A stretch of DNA of 63,227 bases, the filler included, from Octopus bimaculoides (Eukaryota), in the NCBI RefSeq assembly GCF_001194135.2. It is 6 parts of 6 records of this genome, joined end to end, with 100 filler letters (N's around TTAATTAATTAA, not from the genome) between each part and the next. Parts side by side here need not be neighbours in the genome. Positions count along the whole stretch, not along the records: positions 42,832 to 56,125 come from NC_068991.1; positions 56,226 to 58,133 come from NC_069007.1; positions 58,234 to 61,114 come from NC_069003.1; positions 61,215 to 63,227 come from NC_069000.1; 2 more parts are not named here. One strand, written 5' to 3'. A program made the translations under genes and the position numbers. Below, one piece after another: positions 52,476 through 63,227 of the stretch; position 1 is the stretch's first letter; each line of letters starts with the position of its first letter. The notes beneath the pieces are model-generated. The model was not told the origin of the DNA. It saw only the letters and a list, made by a program, of their open reading frames with translations, and made no database searches.

Positions 52476-53588
52476 GTTTTTATTTTTTTTTTCTACTCTA
52501 GGCACAAAACCCNNNNNNNNNNNNNNNNNNNNNNNNNNNNNNNNNNNNNNNNNNNNNNNNNNNNNNNNNNNNNNNNNNNNNNNNNNNNNNNNNNNNNNNN
52601 NNNNNNNNNNNNNNNNNNNNNNNNNNNNNNNNNNNNNNNNNNNNNNNNNNNNNNNNNNNNNNNNNNNNNNNNNNNNNNNNNNNNNNNNNNNNNNNNNNNN
52701 NNNNNNNNNNNNNNNNNNNNNNNNNNNNNNNNNNNNNNNNNNNNNNNNNNNNNNNNNNNNNNNNNNNNNNNNNNNNNNNNNNNNNNNNNNNNNNNNNNNN
52801 NNNNNNNNNNNNNNNNNNNNNNNNNNNNNNNNNNNNNNNNNNNNNNNNNNNNNNNNNNNNNNNNNNNNNNNNNNNNNNNNNNNNNNNNNNNNNNNNNNNN
52901 NNNNNNNNNNNNNNNNNNNNNNNNNNNNNNNNNNNNNNNNNNNNNNNNNNNNNNNNNNNNNNNNNNNNNNNNNNNNNNNNNNNNNNNNNNNNNNNNNNNN
53001 NNNNNNNNNNNNNNNNNNNNNNNNNNNNNNNNNNNNNNNNNNNNNNNNNNNNNNNNNNNNNNNNNNNNNNNNNNNNNNNNNNNNNNNNNNNNNNNNNNNN
53101 NNNNNNNNNNNNNNNNNNNNNNNNNNNNNNNNNNNNNNNNNNNNNNNNNNNNNNNNNNNNNNNNNNNNNNNNNNNNNNNNNNNNNNNNNNNNNNNNNNNN
53201 NNNNNNNNNNNNNNNNNNNNNNNNNNNNNNNNNNNNNNNNNNNNNNNNNNNNNNNNNNNNNNNNNNNNNNNNNNNNNNNNNNNNNNNNNNNNNNNNNNNN
53301 NNNNNNNNNNNNNNNNNNNNNNNNNNNNNNNNNNNNNNNNNNNNNNNNNNNNNNNNNNNNNNNNNNNNNNNNNNNNNNNNNNNNNNNNNNNNNNNNNNGG
53401 ACCTGATGATACGTCGTGTTTTTGAGCAAAGCACCCCGTTTCTCTTTGATTTAGTTCACTTACCTGGCAAAAATGTGTATTCCAGTGATGGACCGGCGTT
53501 TCGTGCAGTGGGAAATATGTACGTCACAGAATCTGGGAAATCATTCTTAAAGGTCTGTGGCTGAAGACGGACCTTGATCCATTTTGAC

Positions 53589-53790
53589 TGAGGGTTTGCT
53601 GAAAAGTTCCTGGCTTTAAGGATATCGCGAAAGGCTAGACTGGAAGCCCAACCTTCCGAGTTCTTTCATGAGATCTATAAAAGCTGAAGGGCCACTGCAG
53701 TAAATGTGTGAATCTGAGAGTGGAATATGTTGAATAAAATCATAATTAACTGATCCTCTTTTACCCGAAGTAGAACATTCCAATCAAATA
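53589..53790 (+). mobile_element. Mariner-derived MITE/remnant
   Basis: TIR-like gagggtttgctgaaaagttcctggcttt, the mariner C-terminal peptide KLKGHCSKCVNLRVEYVE*, and a degenerate right end. Confidence 0.6.
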
Positions 53791-54149
53791 GAGAAAATCA
53801 ACTTGTTTTAGATCTTAGTAACTGTACTGAATTGTAATGTTTATTTGCCAACAGAATGTGGCAATCCTACAAAGGATGATGTTTCTCTTGTTATAGCCCC
53901 AGGAAAACATCTATTCCAGTTAGCTATCGACACAGTTTGTGTCCGTATAGCATTTTCAAGGGAGGTCATCGCTTCATCTCTAACCTTACGTGATACTCAC
54001 AGACCTAGGTTTCTGGGTGGTTACCCGCCCTTACTGTGAGACAATCACTAGCTAGTGATTAAAGCTCTTTCTACTTACAAATACTAGATTTTCTTTAAGC
54101 GACAAATCGTTCCTTATAGGACTGCTACATTCTGTTGGTAAACAAACTT

Positions 54150-54480
54150 TATTATTCCAAAGTTTCGACTAAGTGATAATATGACACACCAGATATAGTC
54201 ATTTGGGACAGAATTGAAAATTCATGGATACTCATAGAGGTTTGTTGCTCTGCAGTTGTGAAAATCTTCAGAATCAGCGAGAAAAATACCAACGGATAAC
54301 AACTTCGAAACCTGCAGCTCTTCACCACTGATTACAAATTCACATTTAAATCAATTATCATTGAAGTACCTGGCTATGTTGGTAAATGTTTAAGAAACAA
54401 ACTGGAAAATCTAGGATTTGGGGGGCAAGGCAGGAAACTGGCTAACAAGCAATTTACATGCAGAATCTGCAAATTTAACA
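54150..54480 (+). mobile_element. R4/Dong-type restriction-like endonuclease remnant
   Basis: TPDIVIWDRIENSWILIEVCC (PD..E motif) and LRNLQLFTTDYKFTFKSIII...LENLGF, homologous to the 48.6-kb piece. Confidence 0.7.
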
Positions 54481-55469
54481 TTAAAAGATATATGATAGAC
54501 TTTTATAAGGTTCAACATGTAACAACTAGTGTTATTGCAATCTAAATTCCAGCAATGGAGTTTGTTTATTAGAAAGCAGTCCCTTCTTGGAACATATTTA
54601 ATGAAAAATATATATAAAACCATACACACACATACACACACACGCACGCATAGAGTCACAAACGTAGCTATGTTTCTGGAAGTCGGGGAAAGATAGAATG
54701 TAAAAGGAAAACACAAAGCGTTGACATCGATCATTTATGAAATATAATTATAACGGCCTTTTTTCCATTTAATTTCTTATTTTCTGTCAACGAATTTTAT
54801 TTTTGCCTTTTACACTGCGTTATATCAAGAGAACACCATCTTTGTTCTGCGCAGCAGATAATTTAAATAGCGTTGTTTTTACAACCGATAGCTAGCAATG
54901 TCTACTGGAGTGTTGGCTGCTGTTGGGAGGAGCAGGAAGAGGAGGAGGAGGAGAAGGAGAAGGAGTAGGAAGAAGAGGAATAGTAAGAGTAGAAGTAGGA
55001 GTAGAACGATGAAGTAGGACGAAGGAGGTTGACAACGGAGGCAGTGGAAGGAAAGGGTTATCTGAACTCCTCCAAAATGAATCTCCACACTACGAGAATA
55101 TTATCAAACAATATCAATTAAACAAAAACAACAAAAAAGAGAGATAAAAATCAAAGAAAAATGAAACAAAAAATTCAGAATTTCTTTTTTATTTTTATTT
55201 CTTGTTGGTTCTTGTGGTGATGGTGGAGAAGATGTGGAGAATGATAACGGATGGGTAAATACCTGAAAAACAAAAGCGGATTAGAGATAATATGCGAAAT
55301 ATAAACAGCTGTTTCTTTATTTTATTTTTATGTAGATTTTGCTTGATTTGATCGCGTGTTTTAAGACCCCTCTTTCACTTTATATCAATCTCCCCGAAGT
55401 TGCAAACCTCCACTACTTCAGTTTCCAAATAAATGTATTTAGTGTAAAAAACAGTTATTTATTAAATTG

Positions 55470-55542
<73 letters not shown>

Positions 55543-55806
55543 CATTGTTGTTGTTGTTGTTTGAATTGGTTGTTCGTTATTTTCTAAGTATTTTTGTCTT
55601 GTTTTTTTTTTATATTTTATTTAAAATGCTTTCTTTCAATTCTTTTATATAACTCAACTTCTTGTGTCGTAAGTGAAAAATGAAAATTGAAATCAAAAAC
55701 TTTTCGAACTTCTGTTTCTGTGTCTTGGAAAAAAGCTATGGTCGGCTCTCAAAATTTGATACCTTGATTTCGACGATAACACTATCGTCGTCGTCATCAC
55801 CATCAC

Positions 55807-55846
<40 letters not shown>

Positions 55847-56025
55847 GTCATCATCATCGTCATCATCGTCACCATCATCACCATGGCCATCGTCAACGTT
55901 GTCATCATGATAGTGATCATTAACATCAACACCGTCGTCGCCGTCTTCGACGTCATTGTCATCATCATCATCGCTACCTTCATCATCATCATCATCATCA
56001 TCCTCACCACCACCACCACCATCAC

Positions 56026-56066
<41 letters not shown>

Positions 56067-56226
56067 ACAACAACAATAACAACAACAAGGTTGATAATAA
56101 TAACTACACCACCACCACCACCACCNNNNNNNNNNNNNNNNNNNNNNNNNNNNNNNNNNNNNNNNNNNNTTAATTAATTAANNNNNNNNNNNNNNNNNNN
56201 NNNNNNNNNNNNNNNNNNNNNNNNNT

Positions 56227-56264
<38 letters not shown>

Positions 56265-56310
56265 ATGTTAGCGATATTTTCTCCTTTTTCTTTTGAACTT
56301 TCCTGTCTCA

Positions 56311-56347
56311 TGTTTCCGAAGACGAGCTATGCTCGAATCATAAAACA
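56311..56347 (+). ncRNA. Degenerate minimal hammerhead-like motif (same repeat superfamily)
   Basis: TGTTT CCGAAGA c GAGC tat GCTC GAAT CA TA AAACA: stem I TGTTT/AAACA and the same GAGC/GCTC stem II; core carries substitutions. Confidence 0.45.
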
Positions 56348-56577
56348 ACCACTCTTTTACTTCTCCAAGCGTCTTATTAATACTTTGCATGTGCTACGTC
56401 TTCGTGTTGTTTTTTTTCTTGTCTTTTTACTCCGTTTTTTAATCAATCATGTGTGTGTGTGTGTGTTTGTGTGTGTATTCATATGTATACATTCATTTAT
56501 GTATATAACGAAGTCTGTATCTATATCATTCTCTCCAACCATCCATGTCATTCTTTAATCAATCTATCAATTCATCG

Positions 56578-56657
<80 letters not shown>

Positions 56658-56686
56658 CTCTGTCCCCGCTCTCTCTGTATATATAA

Positions 56687-56728
<42 letters not shown>

Positions 56729-57300
56729 GCAAACATACATATAAACACACACTTACGCACACACAAATAGACACACACAGACACACACACAAAGTGAGAG
56801 AGAGAGGGAGAGAGAGATACTGGGAGAAAAGAAATGAGATAAGAGATGATATAAAGCGAATAGCAAATGGCGCGGAGAGATAGTTATACATGTGCGCACG
56901 CGCGTGTTTTGTATGGGATACAGAGATGGTGAGGTGGGTGTGGTAGGGAAATCTCTGTTAAAATTCGGTCAGAAGATGGAATATGTTCGTCGTTGTTGTT
57001 GTTGTTGTTGTTGTTGTTGAGAGTATCACTTCATAGTGTTGATGCAGTAGGAGTATGTAGTTGGTACTCAGGAGTATTATCTAATAGCGTTGGGGGTAGG
57101 GGGTGCAGGCAGCGATGGTGAGGTGGTGGGGATGTTGGAGGTGGTCGAGGGGTGGGAGGGAGAGCGTTGCCGTCATGTTTTCGGGAGAACAGACAGGATA
57201 TAAATAATCCGGCAACAGGCGTGTTGTTTCAGCGATATATAATATTGCAGGCGTGTGTGTGAGAGACATACATACGTACACACACACACACACGCACGTA

Positions 57301-57331
<31 letters not shown>

Positions 57332-57596
57332 GCGCGCACGCATATACATGCACAAAAATGCATACATACATACACACAAATACATATGTACATGCATACA
57401 TGCATACATACACACACACATATACATATGTACTTACACACACACACACACATATATTTATATACATATAAATGCATGTATCTATTTATTTATGTGTGTG
57501 TGAGTGTGTACATGTAGGTTTATGTATTTATGTATGCATGATTGTATGGTGTGTATGTGTGTGTGTATACACCTATGAATGAATATATATGTGTGT

Positions 57597-57670
57597 CTGT
57601 GTGTGTCTAGGTGTGTGTGTGTCTAGGTGTGTGTGTGTCTAGGTGTGTGTGTGTCTAGGTGTGTGTGTGT
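57597..57670. repeat. 16-bp minisatellite (CTAGGTGTGTGTGTGT)x4 derived from (GT)n
   Basis: Direct inspection. Confidence 0.85.
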
Positions 57671-57980
57671 AAGTGTATATATTTACATGTATGTATGTAT
57701 GTGTGTGTGTAAGCTTGTGCGTTGTAGTTTTTACGTTCTTCATACACAAAGGAATATACACACACACACGCATAAACACACACGCACACGCATAAACACA
57801 CACACACACGCATAATCACACACACACACGCACAAATACATACGTAAACAAATATCAAAATTATCAGATTTTTGTTTCTTAGTTCGTGTTTAGTTATGTG
57901 AAGTCTGTCGTCTGCCTGTGTAGTCAGCCATGTGTGACTGTGCGCGCGTGTGTGAGTATGTGCGTGTATGTGCGTGTGCG

Positions 57981-58030
<50 letters not shown>

Positions 58031-58177
58031 GAGCTAATAAGTCAAATACAAATAGGAATTTTGGGTGAAAGAGGAAAAAGCAATGAGAAAGCCATGCTGA
58101 CAAAATGAAAGATAGACAGAGAGAAATTGTATANNNNNNNNNNNNNNNNNNNNNNNNNNNNNNNNNNNNNNNNNNNN

Positions 58178-58189
58178 TTAATTAATTAA
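58178..58189. other. Artificial six-frame stop spacer TTAATTAATTAA inside a 100-nt N gap (also 27756, 42776, 56170, 61159)
   Basis: Identical 12-mer centred in about 44+44 N at five sites; it marks contig joins. Confidence 0.9.
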
Positions 58190-58233
58190 NNNNNNNNNNN
58201 NNNNNNNNNNNNNNNNNNNNNNNNNNNNNNNNN

Positions 58234-58307
58234 CCTGATCCAAGGCCTGCTGGATCAAACGGGCCACCTCACTTTTGCTGGGATCCTTCTCGCGACCAAT
58301 TTGAATC
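58234..58307 (-). CDS. Internal coding exon of a neurabin/spinophilin (PPP1R9-family) gene: end of PDZ domain and start of following helix; truncated by assembly gap
   Basis: Minus strand reads pyrimidine-rich ...ttcttctAG|G ATT CAA ATT GGT CGC GAG AAG GAT CCC AGC AAA AGT GAG GTG GCC CGT TTG ATC CAG CAG GCC TTG GAT CAG = (R)IQIGREKDPSKSEVARLIQQALDQ; the other two frames hit stops. From memory human spinophilin reads [25 protein letters not shown] (about 15/25 identical). Not BLAST-verified. Confidence 0.8.
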
Positions 58308-59261
58308 CTAGAAGAATTTCGAAGTAGATCGGAATTTTTAAAGCCATGAAAAATAAATCCAACGAAACAAACCAAAAACAAAACAGATACAAGAATTATT
58401 AAAAGACTCAAAGAGTCACAGAATTTCTCACTTCCTTGATAAATATTGAATTTCACCAGGATTAGAGGGGAAGGTGAAATAGAATACAACTGTTCTTTGA
58501 AATGGTGGTGGCAGTTAGCATCAGACATGTTTAAATCTTGTGAAATACTAAAGAAATTTTCAAGACTAAAATCTTTGAGAATCAAGAAAAATATCTGCAA
58601 ACATGTAGAACTTTTGTTTGAGAGATCCATCATATTGGCTGGAAGTCACAAAACAACCATTCTCCTTGCAATGCCAACCATAAATTTCCTACAGATTGTG
58701 CTAACACTATTTTCTTCAGTCTGTAATTCTTTTTTTTTTTCTTTTCTCCTAATCTCACCAACAACAATCCCAGATTCCTCTTAAATTCATTTTTGTTCTA
58801 ATAGTTTGAGAAATAATCAAAAGATCTGATAGATGCAAAAAAAAAAAAAAAAAAAAAAANNNNNNNNNNTAACTGCTTTTTTTTAATTAAATAATTTCTT
58901 TGTTTTTAAATGAAATCAATTATTTGCTGAAGTTATGTCATAGAGCAGGTCGCATACTGCAGAGAGGAACCAAACAGCTCACAGTGAACAGCCACCAAGT
59001 TGGTTGGCCAGACCAGCTAACACACATATCAAGCTGCGTATCACAGAGAAACAGTCCACAGTCAATACACACAACTAAATCATTCACAGCCTCTAAACAT
59101 TGATTGATCGGGCAATCCCCATGTAGACGTGAACAACAAATCATAGCGTCTACAAGTTACACACTTCAGACATGAGCTGAGAGAGAGAGAGAGAGAGAGA
59201 CTGTTAGGCAGTCACTTGATATGTCTGAAATAGCAGCCAAACTTCCCTCAAACCATACACC

Positions 59262-59400
59262 CTATCATCATTTAATGTCCATTTTCCATGCTAGCATAGA
59301 TTGGACAGTTTGACAGAGGCTGGCAAGGCTGGAGAGCCACACCAGGTTCCATAGTCTGTTTCAGCTTGGTTTCTACAGCTGGATGCCCTTCCTAACACCC
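59262..59400 (-). mobile_element. RTE-tail retrocopy, apparently nested in an older SINE-D copy (about 59205-59470)
   Basis: ttccatgctagcat...ttctacagctggatgcccttcctaacacc matches 5254-5368. Confidence 0.65.
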
Positions 59401-59541
59401 AAATACTTTACCATATTTGGATAATGCCATCAGGGATAACCAAAGTTGTTTCAAAACTGGAACACCCCTGATTATAAATTCCTGGGCCCAAAAGGACAAA
59501 AGGCAAAGTCAACTTTGGTGGAATAATAATAATAATAATGG

Positions 59542-59575
<34 letters not shown>

Positions 59576-60327
59576 AGCCAAAAAAATAGGGGACAATGAA
59601 AGAAGAAAGCAAATAAGGACCAAAAGAAATGAGAAATAAAACTAGAATAAAAAGAGAGAAGTGAATAGGGAAGAAAAATAGAAAAAAGATGGAAAGGATG
59701 ATAAGTGAGATAGGGGGTAGGGGTTGAAATGGAGGAACAATATGTGAAATAATATGAGAGAAAAATAGAAAAGATGAAAAGAAGATAGGAGATGAAAGAA
59801 AGAGAAGAAGTACCAAGATGGAAGAAAGATGATGTAAAGAGGAACCGAGGAGAACTTTTAAAAGAGATAAGTGGATTTGTTTTATAACAGGGAGAGATGT
59901 CTTCTGGTTCTGGCTACTATTACAACAATAACAGCCAGGGTATATAACAACAACAACAACAGTAACTCTACTACCAGTCACAACATGAGGATATCAGCCA
60001 GATCTTTTAAGTATCCAGAATCTCGAGATAGTTATGGCGGGTACATACATGCATTGAAGATAAAACAGTTCCTAACAAACATGTTTTTTCTATCTGTGTA
60101 AACTTTACTTCCTCATCATTTTTCTCTAACTCCCTGCTCCACCAGAAATAAAACAAAGAAGAAAAAAATAAAAATAAAAAAATAAAAATAAAACTACAGA
60201 TTTGGAACCCTGTATTAATTCTGTCATGTTTTTATCATATTTATTATGGGGCTGGTTGCATAGTTCTGCAAATTTATATATTTTCAAGAGTTGTTCTTCA
60301 GAAAAATTTATCAAAAGGATGTGTTAC

Positions 60328-60504
60328 AATTCCTGGTGGCACATTGTGGCCTTGGGCAAGACACTTTATTTCCCATTGCCCCAGTCCACTCAGCTGGCAA
60401 AAATGAGTTGTACCAGTAATTCAAAGGGAACAGCCTTGCCACATTCTGTGTTGCACTGAATCTAATCTCCCTGAGAACTACGTTAAGGGTACACGTGTCT
60501 GTGG
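60328..60504 (+). mobile_element. SINE family C fragment
   Basis: ccttgggcaagacactttatttcc...ccagtccactcagctggcaaaaatgag. Confidence 0.75.
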
Positions 60505-60716
60505 AGGATGACAGGTGGGNNNNNNNNNNAAGATGGTGGTGGTGGAGAAGGTGGTGGTGAAGGTGGTTATTTGGAACTGAGAAAAAAAATGTAAAGACTT
60601 ACAAGTATTAGAATTAAAGTACCATGTTTTGTGTTTGCTGGTTGTTGTTATGTAAAAGCGAAGGAAAGATAAAGTATCACATTTGTAAACAGTCAGAATG
60701 ATGGGTCTTCTTAGTC

Positions 60717-60755
<39 letters not shown>

Positions 60756-61404
60756 ATCTCTGAAGGGGTCTGGAATTAGTCATTGTGTCTAATTACGTAA
60801 TCAGTATTATCAGAAATTCCACCACCATCACCACTATTACTAGTAGTATACGCAATATTACCACTCCTATCCAAAATCCAAACTACAACAGCTACTCCTA
60901 CCTTGAAACTGCTACTACAACCACAACTATGACACCACCGACACCATTAGACCACCATCCTAACCACACTCACCACACCACCAATATGACCATCAAAGCC
61001 ACCACCACCACCACCACCACCACTTTATCAACAGAGTTTCTGTTCCTCAAAAACACAAAGAAAAAAAACAGCATTGACACAGATACCAATCTTTAATCCC
61101 CTCCACACACACACNNNNNNNNNNNNNNNNNNNNNNNNNNNNNNNNNNNNNNNNNNNNTTAATTAATTAANNNNNNNNNNNNNNNNNNNNNNNNNNNNNN
61201 NNNNNNNNNNNNNNTATATTCGCCATCAGAAGGGTTCGGTATTATCGTTAAAGGCGCGAAATTGCGTTTGATCCTTTAGCCGATAACTGATGAGGAGCTG
61301 GGGTCCTTTTGTGTGTGTTTTCCGTTCGTCTTTGCATCTACTATATGTTTTTCAACTTGCCATTTTGTGTCTGTTTGTGCATTTACTATACGCTTTTTTT
61401 AACT

Positions 61405-61442
<38 letters not shown>

Positions 61443-61739
61443 AGGGTGGGGTGCATTTGTATCAGTCTTGAATGATAATTAGAACCAGCTACACAAACAA
61501 AAATCAGCAGACGAAACACAGTCTTGTATTATTAAAACAATACAAATGTAAATCGTAGAACCGTGACGTCTGTAAACGTCTGTACAATCTATATAGGTTC
61601 CACTTCTTACCCAGGCTGCTATTGTTTTTACTGCTACTACTACTACTACTACCACTACTATTGCTGCTACTGGGTATTACATGTTTTTGTCTGGTAAATA
61701 TAGCATCCAAATCTCCCAAATTTCCACGAACTGCCGTCT

Positions 61740-62600
61740 TTGAGAATGAAAGACGATTCTGAAAGCCTTACGATTACCCCTGCTCTATATCTAAGGAGTG
61801 AAACCGCCCATGTGTTGATAGCTTCGATCTAATTCTGTCCGTTTAATTTCGACTTAAGGATCAATCTCAGTCTGCACATGTACTCCACCTTAAATTTTTC
61901 TGTCATTTCTTTCTCCATCAATTTATCCATTTCCAAAATCCCCAAGTACTTATAGCCCGTCTCTTCTATCTGCTTCATAACCTCCCCGTCCATACATTTG
62001 ATTTTGCCTCTCTTCAAGACTAACACACCACACTTTCTCAGTCCGAACTCCATTCTGATATCAGCACTGAAGGTATACACTGTATCAACGAGGAAACTGA
62101 CTTGGGCTTCATCTTTACCATAAAGTTTGAGGTCATCCATGAATAACAAATGGTTGACTTTTTATTGGCGGCTTTTGAATACATACCCAGTTTTTACTCT
62201 CCTCAGAATCACTGTTAGTGGTATCAAGCACACTACAAAGATCAGTGGTGACAGGCAGTCCCCTTTGAAGATGCCCCTCCTAATTTCTGCTTTCCCTAAA
62301 CTTCTTCCGTATGATGTCGGGTCTGTCCTCCAATTCGCCATACTTTTTCCAAGCAATCGCTCAACATTCGATGCAATACCAAATAGGTTCATACATTCCA
62401 TAATCCAAGAATGTGGGATCATATCGTACGCCTTACGATAGTCGACCCATGACATGGCTAATTTACTTTTCCTCCTCTTGCAGTCTTTTAGTACAGTTCT
62501 ATCTATCAGGAGTTGAACCTTGGTACTTCTGCACTTACGCTTGCATATGAAAGGACTCTATTTTCTTCCAGATGTTCGTTGTACTCAACTAGCCCCCTCT
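61740..62600 (-). mobile_element. R4/Dong-type non-LTR retrotransposon, RT core fragment
   Basis: [94 protein letters not shown]. Confidence 0.85.
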
Positions 62601-62660
62601 AGCCTTGTGCTCTAGCCTTGTGTCTATATTAGAAAATTGTTATTACTCAGAAGATTGTTA

Positions 62661-62860
62661 GTTGGTAGAATTCTTAAGAGCGTCAAACAAAATGCTTTTC
62701 TGGCGCTTGGTTCGGCTCTTTACGTTTTAAGTTCAAATCCATCTCCCGCGAGGTCAGCTTAGCCTTCCATCCTTTTGAGGTCGATAAAATAAGGAAAGAG
62801 ACAAAATAAGTACCAGTCAAGTAGTGAGGTTGATGATATTCGACTAATCCTTTCCCTTCA
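62661..62860 (+). mobile_element. SINE family B, diverged
   Basis: aagttcaaatcc...agccttccatccttttgaggtcgataaaat...aagtaccagtc. Confidence 0.7.
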
Positions 62861-63227
62861 AACATTATTATTTTATTTTATTCGAAGGTTCAAGCTCTAC
62901 TAGCTTTATCGGTTTTTTTTTTTTGGCGGCGTGGGGAGAGGGAACAGTTATGCTGGTAAGACAGGGTAATAAATAAAATCAGCACTTAAACCATCCATCC
63001 ATGTCGTCTGTCCACAACTCTTGAGGGGCTCGTGGGAGTAAAAATCCGCAGGCATCTACACCATAGAGTCCTATCAGAAGCAGTCGATATTATGCATTCC
63101 GGTTAGATTCTCAAGCGTAACTATTATTGCATTATCATTTTATTTTATTCGAAGATTCAAGCTGTTCCCCCAACATTCTACTGGTTTTATAGGAGCCTTT
63201 TGGTGGCGTGAGGTGGGGAGCGGTTGT

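Noticed and set aside
31126-53434. Long ORFs in the supplied track (poly-X, YIYI, CVCV, HTHT, poly-L/I/S/M)
   Set aside because: They arise from N gaps and di/tri-nucleotide microsatellites.
55150-55265. Strong minus-strand acceptor (ttttgtttttcAG|G) near 55264
   Set aside because: Downstream frames are low-complexity or stop quickly and no donor was found; cannot be supported.
27756-61170. Recurrent palindromic TTAATTAATTAA at five sites as a biological motif
   Set aside because: Always centred in a 100-nt N block and has stops in all six frames: an assembly spacer.

Overview
AT-rich, microsatellite-dense, gap-ridden animal genomic DNA from a short-read scaffold. The SINE/LINE families match my recollection of Octopus (coleoid cephalopod) repeats; that assignment is inference. 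Only one host-gene exon is convincingly recognisable: a minus-strand exon at 58234-58307 (R|IQIGREKDPSKSEVARLIQQALDQ) resembling the end of the PDZ domain of neurabin/spinophilin, so most of the window is probably intron of that gene. The rest is a transposon graveyard: about 30 copies of 3-4 tRNA-headed SINE families, an RTE-type LINE with a PHD finger inside its RT, four R4/Dong-type LINE fragments, mariner and hAT remnants, and two types of Penelope-like element (PLE). The most interesting signal is RNA-structural. The best-preserved PLE (7306-8731) carries a near-canonical type I hammerhead ribozyme and an inverted partial copy of it at its other end. A separate short non-coding repeat family (28.4, 35.8, 36.1, 56.3 kb) carries minimal hammerhead motifs with compensatory stem changes, one pair about 333 bp apart in tandem (retrozyme-like), mostly abutting (AT)n tracts. 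Also noted: two long foldback hairpins near 35 kb, a 42-bp target-site duplication, a decayed ~175-bp tandem array, a mucin-like (EATTT)n terminal ORF with a polyA signal, and a strong CTCF motif. No prokaryotic features, CRISPR arrays, rRNA or intact tRNA genes were seen. All homology calls are by eye or from memory and need BLAST/HMM confirmation.
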